From assembly GCA_963771465.1 (NCBI GenBank), contig CAVYTU010000017.1, positions 1-64,000 on the forward strand: a stretch of 64,000 bases of DNA, written 5' to 3'. Below the pieces are notes generated by a model. That model had not been told where the DNA came from. It searched no databases and saw only the letters and a program-made list of their open reading frames with translations. Position numbers and translations under genes: made by a program. The stretch's first letter is position 1; each line of letters starts with the position of its first letter. This document shows, piece by piece, positions 1 to 10,190 of this stretch. This DNA is from an uncultured delta proteobacterium. Lineage in GTDB: Bacteria > Desulfobacterota > Binatia > UBA9968.

Positions 1-587
1 CCACCAACTTCTTCCTCATAGTTTTCAACTACTTCATCGGGGTCGGTACCTGTCGCCTTTACTTGGGTTTCGGTAAAGGTTTCGGGTTTGACCCCTAAAA
101 GCTTTGAAAACTGCTCTTCAACATCGCCGCCGATGTACTTGGCATAGTGCTTTTCGATCATCGTCACGGATGTGCCGCAATACTCCGCCAGCCACTTGAT
201 GTTGACGCCATTGCTCAAGCCCGCCGATATGAACGTGTGCCGGGTAGAGTAGGGCTTGCGCTCGCGGATGCCGGTGCCTCTTAGTATTCGGTACCAGATA
301 CCAGCCCGCCAAGTGTGAAAGTTCAGCAGTTGGCCTTCCTGGTTCTTAAAAACGTGTTCGTCGATGCCGACGTGCAAAGGCTTTGCGGTATTTATTGCCT
401 CGACTACATGCGGCATTAGCCGTATATCGCGCTCGCTATGGGCCGTCTTGGTGGCGTTTTCGTCGTTCTTGTAACGCGACTTCGATATTGACAGGAATTC
501 ATTTTTTAGGTCGATATCTTCCCAGCGCAACGCCAGGGCTTCTGACGGCCTCATTCCTGTCCAAAAGAGCAAATAGACGAACGGGTA
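1..587 (-). pseudogene. Tyrosine recombinase/phage integrase, C-terminal catalytic domain (5'-truncated, frameshift near 390, runs off the window edge)
   Basis: Manual translation gives YPFVYLLFWTGMRPSEALALRWEDIDL…TKTAHSERDI…RKPYSTRHTF…EYCGTSVTMIEKHY, the R…K…(H/Y)xxR…Y catalytic pattern. Confidence 0.85.
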
Positions 588-588
588 C

Positions 589-1028
589 TCTGTCAATCCG
601 GATAAGCAGGTTTTCTATTGCCATGGCTGCCATGCAGGCGGTGACGTATCAAGTTTATCGAAAAAATCGAGAACGTCGATTTCAAGACAGCCGCCAAAAA
701 GCTTGGAGTAGAAAACTTCCAACCGGATCCCGAGAGACTTAAGCGCCGCGACCAAGCCAAGCAGATCGCGCTTTGGGCCCGCGCTACCTCAAAACAACTC
801 AGGGATGCACTGCTAGAGATCGGCGATCAAATTCGTATCTGCTCCATGGCTCGCAAGGAGCTTAATTCAGCGCTGGATCGGCCCACGATCGTGAGCCACG
901 AAGCAAGCTTAATTCGCCAATGGGCAATTCTCTGCGACTTGGATGACGATCTCAACAATCCAACCGAGGTGGTGGATTCATGGCTGCAACGAGACAACAT
1001 TGACGGATTTGTGGAGTCGTTGACATGA
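589..1028 (+). pseudogene. CHC2 zinc-finger (primase-type) protein remnant
   Basis: SVNPDKQVFYCHGCHAGGDV-IKFIEKIENVDFKTAAKKLG with a frameshift near 648, continuing into ORF 846-1028. 5' end missing. Confidence 0.75.
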
Positions 1029-1312
1029 GCAGCGCTCAGTTTGAAGCGCGTATTGTCAACGAGCTTGAACAGCACGCCACGGTTATGGGCGTTGCACAGC
1101 CTAATGACAAGCAGCCGGCGAATGTAGCACTTTTCGAAACGATGACGACGATCGAAGAAGAGCAAACTGAGTTTCTTTGGAAGAACCGCATTCCGCGCGG
1201 AAAGCTAACGCTGTTCGACGGTGATCCCGGTATCGGCAAGAGCTATACCGCTTTAGCGATTGCCGCGGCACTCTCCAAAGGTCAAGCTCTGCCCTTCGAC
1301 CAAGAACCTGAG
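1025..1312 (+). pseudogene. RepA/AAA_25 RecA-like helicase, N-terminal fragment
   Basis: FLWKNRIPRGKLTLFDGDPGIGKS (Walker A). Similarity is lost after about 1310. Confidence 0.75.
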
Positions 1313-1397
1313 AATTTAGCGTTGGCGAGCTCCAGGAGCCTGGGTACGCCATCCGTTTGTAGTTTCTCGTTTTGGAGACGGCGAGATTCTCTCACGC

Positions 1398-1706
1398 GTG
1401 AAAGTAGATTATCTGTTCTGGTACGGCGCTGTCGCATTGTGTCGTGTGGTAAAGCTATGCAGTTCGGACGCAGACCGTATCCCGGAGCAGTTGTTGGTAC
1501 GAGATGAGAAGTCGATGCGCCGTGCAAGAGAAAGCATAAGTGCGGAAGATTGTCACTGGTTGGAAGAACTTGCTGACGTTATTGTTGGCGAGTTTCGCGC
1601 TTGTGGATGGGAATGGGACACGCCGAAGATCGGTGTTGAATCAACCGAGCGCGTGAAGCGTGGCGCACTCAGACAACTTAAGTTGCTTGATTTAGAGCGG
1701 CCTTGA
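1398..1706 (+). CDS. Hypothetical protein (possibly a fragment)
   Basis: 102-aa ORF with protein-like composition; no motif recognised. Confidence 0.35.
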   Translation: MKVDYLFWYGAVALCRVVKLCSSDADRIPEQLLVRDEKSMRRARESISAEDCHWLEELADVIVGEFRACGWEWDTPKIGVESTERVKRGALRQLKLLDLERP

Positions 1707-1731
1707 TGTATCTACTGCCAACATGACCCTA

Positions 1732-1937
1732 ATGGATCTAACACCAGAGCAACTAAACGCGCTGCCTCGATCAAAGAACGAATCGACGGTCTGAATCAAA
1801 GGCTGCGCAGCTTCTCGACGGCTCTACGAGCGACAGCGCTACAAGTAAGAAGCGGTCGATCAGCGCGGCGGCGAAAAGGAAACTTGCGGCTGCGCAAAGG
1901 GCGAGGCGGACGAAGTCGAAGCGGTCGCGAGCCTAGC
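1732..1937 (+). pseudogene. Small basic (histone-like) protein, degenerate copy 1
   Basis: Frameshifted KERIDGLNQRLRSF…KKRSISAAAKRKLAAAQRARRTK. Paralog at 3380-3590. Confidence 0.5.
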
Positions 1938-1938
1938 T

Positions 1939-2460
1939 TTATCTCAACACACGTTCAAGATTTTTAACGAACTCATCCAGCGGTTGAGTTTTGCCGGATA
2001 GCTCTTGGGTAATTTGTTCTTGCGTCTGGGGATCTGTTTTTACCAGAATCTTTCCCTGCCTATTGCCAACCACGTGGTAAAGACCGTTCCGACTCCCCTT
2101 CAAGAATAGAATGGTTTCTTCACCAACAGTAAATTGAGGCGTTCCGGGTACGGCCTGCGTCAATTCGCCAGCCGATCCTCCAGGCTGATTTATGATCACA
2201 GAAGATCTTCTTGGCCCTTTCCATTCTTCAATAACAGTGACTTCGATCTGCGTTGCGATGTTTGGACCGTTCGGTGTTGCCTGACTCGATACCTTATCGA
2301 TTCGGCCCATCACTATGACATCTGCTGATTTTGCGAGATCTTCGAGAGATAGACGCTGGCTCTGAGCGATAGCAGCAGGCGCGGAAATCATAAACTCTAA
2401 GCCCAAAAAAACAAAGAGCGCAGGGGTTATCCAGCGCTCTTTGGATGATGACGAGAGCAT
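1939..2460 (-). CDS. Secreted hypothetical protein adjacent to the matrixin gene
   Basis: Signal-like N-terminus; LEDLAKSADVIVMGRI…QPGG…VPGTPQFTVGEETILFL pattern. Confidence 0.7.
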   Translation of the reverse strand: MLSSSSKERWITPALFVFLGLEFMISAPAAIAQSQRLSLEDLAKSADVIVMGRIDKVSSQATPNGPNIATQIEVTVIEEWKGPRRSSVIINQPGGSAGELTQAVPGTPQFTVGEETILFLKGSRNGLYHVVGNRQGKILVKTDPQTQEQITQELSGKTQPLDEFVKNLERVLR

Positions 2461-2483
2461 ACGTATAGGTAATCAGTTTTTGA

Positions 2484-3265
2484 TCATGGCGCAACGGCGT
2501 TAACTCCGTCGATATCACCCGCCGCGAGGGTGCGCTTTTTGAGTTCACCCCCAGCGCCGAAACCGTACATCGTCAAATCTTTATCCGAATCGCTATAAAG
2601 ATCGTCAAGGCCGACCCAATGGCCGAACTCATGGGTCGCTATGTTTTGGACATCATAAGCATCGGGGCTACTCTGACATTCGCCAGCGTTAGAGTCGAAA
2701 ATCGCCCAAGGATAACGGCTATTGAAGGCGGTATCGATTTCTACAACTTCATTGGTGCTCGTTCTGTACCAGACGTAAGTCACGCCGATGGTCGAAGGTG
2801 CGAGCCTCTTCCACATAATCGCATTCGTGCCGTCTAATCTCGTATTTTTCGCGTTCGTTTGTCCGCCCTCAAAAAAGCGCTTGCCGTTATCGGCGTTGTT
2901 CCAAGTCGCAAACGAATTTCGAACCGCAGTATACGCGCCAGAAAGGCCGACGCTAGCCGGAACCGTTGATTCGCTCAGTTTCCAGGTAATTCCTGCTGCT
3001 GGGAGATGCCAGCCGGTCTCTTCATAGTCTGTAACGGTAGGATTAGGTTCGTCGTCGTGCAGGTGCCCAGGTGGTTATGTTGTACGACCCGTGGCCTGTG
3101 GATGAAAGCACGGATTTTGATCCCCGGCGGAAGCCGCTGCTCCAGCGTATCGTCGTCATCAGCTGCGGATTGCGATTGGGCTGCCAACCCTAAAGATCCC
3201 ACCGATAATATTGCCAGAATCAATGAAAAGCCAAGGATCGTGAAACGCAGCTTTGCTTGGGCCAT
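2484..3265 (-). CDS. Matrixin/M10-like secreted zinc metalloprotease (frameshift near 3050)
   Basis: Signal peptide in ORF 2975-3265. HEFGHWVGLDD zinc motif and TMY Met-turn in ORF 2484-2816. The intervening sequence is open in the downstream frame. Confidence 0.8.
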
Positions 3266-3379
3266 AGCGATTCTCCTTATGAATATCGCTATGGTAACCG
3301 AACCGGTTTTGCATCGTCAAGGGCAGATACAAATCGTGTCAGCCGTTGTCTAAAGTATCACAAAATTTCCTGCAAACTG

Positions 3380-3590
3380 ATGGATTCTTGACCAATTGCT
3401 CAGCAACTAAACCGTTAGAGAACGAATCGACGCACTGAACAAATACCTGCGCACTTTTCTCAATGGGTCATCGTCGAATGGATTGTCATCGAGAAAGAAG
3501 CGCACAATGAGCGCGGTTGTTAGGAGAAAAATTTGCTGCTGCGCAGAGGGAGAGATGGGCGAAGATGCAAAAATCGCTGCCAGTTTAGCC
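3380..3590 (+). pseudogene. Small basic (histone-like) protein, degenerate copy 2
   Basis: ERIDALNKYLRTF…RKKRTMSAVVRRKI-AAAQRERWAKM, frameshifted. Nucleotide similarity to 1732-1937. Confidence 0.5.
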
Positions 3591-4046
3591 AAAGCCCAAG
3601 TCCAAAAAAATAAGTTCTGGCAGATCTTTTTTACGAATCCCTATGACGCGGAGTCTTCATGCGCTCTCTAACATTGTCGGGAAAGCGCGGATGACCCTTC
3701 CCAGCTAAAATGTCCGGCTTAAATGTGTTTTCAAAGAATTTCCGGCCCATAAACTATCCACGTCGCATTGTTCTTGTTGCGTGAGCGTATTTTTCTTAGC
3801 AAGTTTCGTTAAGCGTTCAGCTCTTTTTTTAGGCGCTGTTCACGTGGTCGTTCAAAGTTATTTTGGTTCCACTTACATTGCTGGCCGCAGAATAAAGCAT
3901 GATGGAAAGCGCTAGTTTCTTTTGAAGTACGGTCAATTTTAGACAGCAATCCCGTCACCGGTTGATTATTGTAAACTGGTATTACTCGGGCGCCTTCCAC
4001 GTGCTCCGAAAATATTGGTCATGGTCTCATGCAGAAGGGGGTCATC

Positions 4047-4345
4047 ATGAAGCACTCTACTGTTATCGCGATCGCTATTTTCATCGCCGTCGCTACCGGC
4101 ACCGCGCGTGCCGATACCGTCACCGACTAAAACCAGACTGCTATTGAGGTCATGAAGATTGCGAAAGTCACGGCTAACCCTTGGTCGCGCACATTGGCCA
4201 TGATGCATGTTGCAATGTCTGATGCAGTCAACTCAGTGCAAGATTGCTACACGCGCTATGTGGCGACGGTTCCCGTCTTGCCCGGCGCGTCAGCCGAGGC
4301 CGCAGCAGTCGCAGCGGCGCGCCAAACCCTGCTTCAGCTTCGTGC
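4047..4345 (+). pseudogene. Vanadium haloperoxidase/PAP2-like N-terminal fragment
   Basis: Signal peptide, then ADTVTD*NQTAIE…SRTLAMMHVAMSDAVNSV…ASAEAAAVAAA. Stop codon where the family W is expected; 3'-truncated. Confidence 0.6.
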
Positions 4346-4602
4346 TAAGCTGACTTACGAGCAGCCGCGATAGCCTTTGCGATGTCGTCAACGGCTTCGG
4401 GATAGACTGTGGTGGCTAAGAAAAGAAGTCTGTCTGCGTCTACTATATCGCAGGGAATTTCTACTAGATGTTCGAAATGATTTACTTTGGATATTCGGAT
4501 AACGACGCCACTTTCGAGTATCGCAAATTCACGTGAGTCCTTGTCGCATTTATCGACAAAGCCATCAAAAATTGGCAGTGGCATTAGAATGGTGACTTCC
4601 AC
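4345..4602 (-). CDS. Hypothetical protein
   Basis: 85-aa ORF with plausible composition. Confidence 0.5.
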   Translation of the reverse strand: MEVTILMPLPIFDGFVDKCDKDSREFAILESGVVIRISKVNHFEHLVEIPCDIVDADRLLFLATTVYPEAVDDIAKAIAAARKSA

Positions 4603-4673
4603 GGCGTTTCAGTTGACCTTTTGCCTGGATTTGTTTTTGTGTGTGAGCCGAACCTACCCCCGCCGTTTTTTAC

Positions 4674-5060
4674 TCATAGTGTTTTTGGCATTGCTTTAAC
4701 AAATGTTTGTAACTCTATTGCAGAGATATAGAGTGACTGATGATCCCCTCCTTTGTTGAGGGAAGCCCAATTGCAAACCCAATTTGTTTTGGCCTCCGGA
4801 TCATCTACATACCATCCATAATCGCGAACCGTCTCTTTTGTGCGCTTTCCGTGTTCGTTAAAGGTCTCCAATTCCCATTTAAGCTGAAGACGTTTTTGTT
4901 TCATATACCTCAACTCTGCTAGATGCTTTCGGTAATCATCGGGAGCAACCGCTATGCCAAAACACACATGGGATGAAGTACACTGTGCCAAGCAAAAATA
5001 GTTCGGATTTTTGTCTGGGATTTGGGAATAATCGCAGTAGTAATCCAACAAATGGGACAC
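4674..5060 (-). CDS. Hypothetical protein
   Basis: AT-rich 128-aa ORF; start uncertain. Confidence 0.35.
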   Translation of the reverse strand: MSHLLDYYCDYSQIPDKNPNYFCLAQCTSSHVCFGIAVAPDDYRKHLAELRYMKQKRLQLKWELETFNEHGKRTKETVRDYGWYVDDPEAKTNWVCNWASLNKGGDHQSLYISAIELQTFVKAMPKTL

Positions 5061-5460
5061 GCACGTTAGTCCACCCTAAGGGCAGCCAGCCGATTGAGGA
5101 TTTGAGCAGTGCGAGTATTAGAAGCGCTGAGGATACTGGAAGGCGCGACCCTCACCTGCAAAAAGCATAAATCGACACGCCAGAGGAGAGTCGTCGGCTT
5201 TCGTCACAGCTTGGAGCCATGCGAAGAACAACAGGTCTTACGGGTTTATTTCTCAAGTATCCATGACAGCGTGAGTGGACTGCTCTCTCGGCTCAAATCG
5301 CAACCTTGAGTTACCGATACAGGAAAACGCGCGATCAAGCGGTTAAAGCTGAACTCGACCCCTCACAGCCGAGCTTGAAAGTCGGGGCTAGCCCCATCAC
5401 GCTTGTCGCTAAACGTAGTAAAGCGATATTCCCCATTTCATGATTAATACTGATCTATGA

Positions 5461-5545
5461 TGGAAAAGTAGGGGCAGCCGCGGAGTTGACAAGACTCCGC
5501 GCTAATCGCGAGGCACCACGATTAAAGATTGCTCTACTGCCCTCT
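5461..5545 (-). ncRNA. Candidate sigma54-driven small RNA (three-way junction)
   Basis: P1 GGGCAGU/GCUGCCC, P2 AAUCGUG/CGCGAUU, P3 CGCGGAGU/ACUCCGCG, then a short U run. Begins at the predicted +1 of a sigma54 promoter. Confidence 0.5.
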
Positions 5546-5556
5546 TTCTACTAAAG

Positions 5557-5571
5557 GCAAACAACATGCCA
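5557..5571 (-). promoter_or_regulatory. sigma54 (-24/-12) promoter
   Basis: Minus strand TGGCAT-GTTGT-TTGC, matching the TGGCAC-N5-TTGC spacing. Confidence 0.6.
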
Positions 5572-5728
5572 CCAGAGCGAAGAGAAAAAGTAGATGAGCG
5601 GCTACAAACAACCCGGGCCTCCGATCGCATCTTTAATATGAGGCGCGACCTTGGGGTACGTGCTCGGCGGTATCCAGCAGGCTATTTGCCTCGTGTACGG
5701 TGCAGAGAGTCTCCGGCGTATTCTTCGT

Positions 5729-6604
5729 TCAGCTAAAGGTTCCCATCATAATTATTTTTGACAAAATACTAGCGAGAAGAAATAGGTTCAGTCCAAGTCC
5801 AGAATAGATTTTAAGCCGCATCGTTTTACGATACTCATCCATACCCCCTTTTATGTTGCGCACATGGGAAACCCAAAGAAATCCGCCCCCCAGCAAACCA
5901 AGAGCCATGCCTATCCCGGCATAAAGAAAACTGAATGATAAGAGGGAATACCCAAGCAGGATCACTCCCAATGGCTCCGCGGTTGCAAAAATCATTTTTA
6001 CGCCCTTGATGCCATAAACTGCGGAAAAGGTATTATCACCCTTCCTTCGGTCTTCATCAATTTGATGCGCTTGAGCGAGAGGAAATGTAGCGATGACGAG
6101 CAAAGAAATTCCGAGTGCGCCAGAAATAATAAACGAAAGATTATCTTCAGGCATTCCCGCGGCAAGAAGACCGATAAAAAATGGCACGATGCCGCCGAAA
6201 AGTCCCAGGCAAATCACTCCCCAGAGTGGACTGCCTTTTAACCTAATCGACGGGTGGCTATAGAAAAAACTCACGATCATGCCGAGTGTATATACCGAGG
6301 CAATTTTAATTTCAGACGCAAGTGCGAGGCCTAGGCCGATTCCTTGAAGTACCAGCGTGGCGGGGAGCATCCAGAGACTCATGTGTGGAGGATGCTCGAG
6401 TCCCTCCAATGCTATTTCGTCCTTATCGTAATATGAATTAAACGCAGTCGCAGTTCCCAAAAGGATTATATGCACGTTCAGAAAATGAAGGAGAACATAT
6501 ATCCAGGAATGCGGATGGCCTCCTAACAAGACTCCGAGTAAAAATGCCGCGGGCGCGACAAGGAGCTGAAATTTCAATCTGAAATGAACAAAAAAATCTA
6601 TCAA
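5729..6604 (-). CDS. UbiA-family prenyltransferase
   Basis: Multi-TM protein; FNSYYDKDE and QIDEDRRKGDNTF aspartate-rich motifs; YSHPSIRLK. Confidence 0.85.
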   Translation of the reverse strand: MIDFFVHFRLKFQLLVAPAAFLLGVLLGGHPHSWIYVLLHFLNVHIILLGTATAFNSYYDKDEIALEGLEHPPHMSLWMLPATLVLQGIGLGLALASEIKIASVYTLGMIVSFFYSHPSIRLKGSPLWGVICLGLFGGIVPFFIGLLAAGMPEDNLSFIISGALGISLLVIATFPLAQAHQIDEDRRKGDNTFSAVYGIKGVKMIFATAEPLGVILLGYSLLSFSFLYAGIGMALGLLGGGFLWVSHVRNIKGGMDEYRKTMRLKIYSGLGLNLFLLASILSKIIMMGTFS

Positions 6605-6730
6605 AATGATCCCAGTTTTACTTCGAGTTTCTTTCTGGGATGTTAACCAGTCATTTGATTTCGAATTTGTCCGTGATCATGCCAAATATATCGCCCCTCG
6701 GCGCTTTCAAGAAGCTTCTGTCCTAAGCAT

Positions 6731-7219
6731 TTAATTACGGCGCGTGATTGGCTTGATGGGATTTGAAATTTGGTTTCGCCGCTTGTACATATCCACAGCG
6801 ATTTGACGAATTATACTCATGTCCAGGGTTTCGGATTGCACGTCTCCAGCTCTGGTTTGATATTCAAGCTCGACATGCCCGCCTTCGGACGGGCCATAGT
6901 AACGGAGCCGTCGCAGCTCAACTCGTTTAGTATAAACGTATTTGCCGGTTGCCCGAAGGAGTTCAGGCAGGCTGTCGAAACGAATATCGGACTTCGATTG
7001 ACGGCGACGCGCTTGGTTGTCACGATCGATAATTTTGATGCTGTCGAGTGAAAACCGAAGCTTGAGAACGCCAGTGTACGGCGGATTGGGATCGCCGCAT
7101 TCTATGATAAATTCGTCGGACTCAGTGGTAATCAATTCGAAAAAATCGATGTTGTGGCTTTCCAACACTTGACCAATGCACCGAAGAGCGCTGGCATAGC
7201 GAGGACCGTAAAGCGCCAT
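6731..7219 (-). CDS. Hypothetical protein, paralog of 24592-25272
   Basis: GGAG RBS; YASALRCIGQVLE…SLPELLRATGKY pattern shared with the 24592 gene. Confidence 0.7.
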   Translation of the reverse strand: MALYGPRYASALRCIGQVLESHNIDFFELITTESDEFIIECGDPNPPYTGVLKLRFSLDSIKIIDRDNQARRRQSKSDIRFDSLPELLRATGKYVYTKRVELRRLRYYGPSEGGHVELEYQTRAGDVQSETLDMSIIRQIAVDMYKRRNQISNPIKPITRRN

Positions 7220-7423
7220 TCTCCAGGACCCTCCGACCCGACGAATCAGACTAACGAGAAGGAATCGCCGCCGCAAGGATGCTAGGTTTGCCCCCTAAGT
7301 CTGTCGCAAGATTGGCGGGGTAACTTGTGGTTTATTTCAGTCGCTTCTTCTGCTGCTCACGGTTCCCTTTGGGAATTACCTTTGTATAATCCGGAAAGTC
7401 GCCGTGCTTGGCTGTCCTGCCTT

Positions 7424-9631
7424 TCACTCCCCCGATAGTCGTCTGAGCAAATAATACTCGTTGAACGGATGATCGTCCGTTATGCGAACATCGCTATTAT
7501 CCCTAAGAAGCTTACCGATGGGAAGCTCGCCGTTGAGTACCTGGCTCAGGTATTGAGCTAAATTCTTTTCGCCAGCCCACTCTAATAGATCGGTTTGAGC
7601 TCTCACTGGCATGCGCTGAGCAATTTGCTCCGGCGCCGGCGCGCCTAACGGACGCATCGAGGCGAGAAAATGAAAACCCCATCCTTCGACCGACTGATAC
7701 ACCCGCACATACGGGAACTGATTTGCCAGCGAGCGCGCAACGGCCTGCAATATTTTAAACTCGCCCCCTGGAAACCACTGCTGGAGCACACCGTTAGGCG
7801 TCAGATGCTGTTTCACCGATTCATAGAATTCCTCGGTATATAACAAACTCGATCCCGCGGCTTCCACTGGCGGCGGCGCATCGATGGTGACGATATCAAA
7901 TTTCTTCTGGGTGCGCTTAAGATACCTGCGCCCATCGTCGATGACAACCTGGCCATTCGGATTTGCGAGTACTTCGTGCGCATCATCAAAATAGTAACTT
8001 AACGCGTCCTTCACGCTCGGCACGAGCTCCACCCCTACCACCTGGATGTCCCAGCTCAACAGCGACCGATACGTAGTTCCCATACCGAGACAAATCACGA
8101 GCGCAGACTCGGCCTTTTCGGGTAAAAACGCGAGAGGAAGGTGCGCCATAAATTTAGTGATCGGCGTTAAGTAAGTGATTCCGATGCCGTTGATATACAG
8201 CCGTTTTTCCATTCCTCGACCCGTCGACGTCACTGTCGCAGTGTGATCCCTCCGGACGACATAAGAGTCTGAGTTACGACCCCGCGGATCTTCGTAAGTG
8301 AGATGATAGACGAGCGACGAAACAAAAAATAGCGCCGTCAGCGACGCAATCACCCAACGCCATTGCGGTGCGAGCGCGCCGATATGAACCGTAAAAAGAA
8401 TCGCGAATGGCAGCGCCAGAACGATCATCGAATATTTCGCACCGAGCTGCGGTAGCAAGATGTAAGCTGTTACTAACGGTCCCAGAATGCAGCCTAAAAT
8501 GTTGACAGCGTAAGCTTTTCCAGCCAGCGCGGGATTTCCCTTTGCGACGCGGTCAATCATAGCCGGCGTCAAGTAACCGAGCACCGCGCAGAAAGGGAAA
8601 AGGCTCGCCATCATGAGAATGATAAGGACTTGGTTTGGCGGCTGCCAAATGTGTCTGACGATCTGGGGATCGTTCACAACCAGAGGGAGAAAGGCCGTAA
8701 CGCTAAGGAGTGCAAGCAACTGAGGATTTGAGAATTGACTGCGATTTTCTAGGTGCTTTCGGTACAATACTGAGCCTATCCTTGTCGCAAGCAAATAAAC
8801 AAAAAGCAACAGCGCAAAAGCGTAGACTTGTGTGCCCAAAATTGGGGTGTAGGCGCGCGTCCAGACAACTTCCATCGCTAAGGAGGCAAAACCGGTGGTG
8901 AACAAAATGATTCTACTCTGTGAATTCATGCCGGCGCTCGTATTGGCGGGGGATGATAGCTGCGCGTCGCGGCTCGGGATCGACCCTGGCACAAGTGAGC
9001 CAATTGCCAGACTCAGCGCTCCGATCAAGAAGTTAGCTATCCCCGCCACCCAGAGCGTATGACGAAAGCCGAGGATCTCGATGAAGATGAACGCTGTGAT
9101 AACCGTTCCCACTAGTGCGCCGAGGACGTTGCAGGCATAAAGGAAACTAAAACTTTCCCCATCAGTTTGGTCGATTTGCTTCATATAGGCCATCATGAAC
9201 GGAAAAGTGGTTCCCATAAAAATGCACCACGGCAGCAGTGAAATGCCCAGTACCACCGCTGAAGCACTGAGATAAAATATTGAATTCGCTCCTCCCAAGC
9301 CCAACAGCGCATGTTCTCCGTACTCAAAGAGTTTAGGAACGACGAAGGCACCCAATCCAATTAAAAACTCGCTTAAGCCGTAGAATTCTATAGCCGGCCT
9401 CCCGGTCCGGCGCGAGAGAGGACTAATCGCTTTTCCGCCGAGCCATGAACCGAGAGATAGACCCAACATGAAAACCGCCACCACGACCGAAAGCACTGAC
9501 GTGACGATTCCAAATGATGCGAAGGCGAGGCGCAACCAAACCAACTGATAAAGCAGACCGGTAAAGCCGGAAATGAAAAATAGTAAACCTAGCGTTGTCG
9601 TCAACCAGGCGGGACGGATAACCGATGGCAT
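7424..9631 (-). CDS. Fused membrane (MFS-like)/spermidine synthase-like SAM-dependent protein
   Basis: SGFTGLLYQLVWLR TM repeats; LVICLGMGTT, VELVP, DDGRRYL, DIVTIDAPPP, LYTEEFY. Confidence 0.9.
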   Translation of the reverse strand: MPSVIRPAWLTTTLGLLFFISGFTGLLYQLVWLRLAFASFGIVTSVLSVVVAVFMLGLSLGSWLGGKAISPLSRRTGRPAIEFYGLSEFLIGLGAFVVPKLFEYGEHALLGLGGANSIFYLSASAVVLGISLLPWCIFMGTTFPFMMAYMKQIDQTDGESFSFLYACNVLGALVGTVITAFIFIEILGFRHTLWVAGIANFLIGALSLAIGSLVPGSIPSRDAQLSSPANTSAGMNSQSRIILFTTGFASLAMEVVWTRAYTPILGTQVYAFALLLFVYLLATRIGSVLYRKHLENRSQFSNPQLLALLSVTAFLPLVVNDPQIVRHIWQPPNQVLIILMMASLFPFCAVLGYLTPAMIDRVAKGNPALAGKAYAVNILGCILGPLVTAYILLPQLGAKYSMIVLALPFAILFTVHIGALAPQWRWVIASLTALFFVSSLVYHLTYEDPRGRNSDSYVVRRDHTATVTSTGRGMEKRLYINGIGITYLTPITKFMAHLPLAFLPEKAESALVICLGMGTTYRSLLSWDIQVVGVELVPSVKDALSYYFDDAHEVLANPNGQVVIDDGRRYLKRTQKKFDIVTIDAPPPVEAAGSSLLYTEEFYESVKQHLTPNGVLQQWFPGGEFKILQAVARSLANQFPYVRVYQSVEGWGFHFLASMRPLGAPAPEQIAQRMPVRAQTDLLEWAGEKNLAQYLSQVLNGELPIGKLLRDNSDVRITDDHPFNEYYLLRRLSGE

Positions 9632-10190
9632 AGCGGCAGCAATTTACCTAGATCGCGTCTCGGACGGAATGACTATGATGCTTGTCGAAGTAATCGTCAA
9701 ATGAAAATGAAATCCCGAACACTCAGCAGTCGTTTCCAGTCAAAAGTGGCCGTCGCTTTCGCACTATATCGTAATCATCCAAGCTCGCGCGTGACGGTCC
9801 ACCGCGTTGCCGAACCGACGCCGTGCAGATGGCGCGTCGGCGGATCACCGGCCTGGCCTGTGTGCGGATCGCCATGCGATATCGCGGGCGAAACCACACT
9901 GCCAGCGCCAGACGAATCGAAACGATCAAGACGGCGCCGACGAAAAAAGCAAATAGACTGTGATGAGCTCGCTGGCCGTTTCAGAAAGAACAAGGCCGAG
10001 ATTGAAAGTCTGCGATGGCAACTTGATGTCGTGCGGCGGCGAGTTCGACCACAAGCACCGTCTAAGGCTTTAGATATTCCGGCTAGGTTGGTTTGGTCGG
10101 AATTCTCTTGGTAGTCTGACGTGAGAGTTTCATTGTCGTAGGACCATCACGGCCCGGCTTTCGCTTTCACCGGGCGTGGAGCGGATTATG

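Noticed and set aside
7270-7300. Second GEMM riboswitch upstream of the 6731-7219 paralog (GGCAAACC on the minus strand)
   Set aside because: No GNRA-capped P2 and no CG(C/G)AAAG junction follows.
9701-10114. 137-aa ORF next to the tRNA-like RNA
   Set aside because: Low-complexity Arg-rich translation with no recognisable family; probably remnants.
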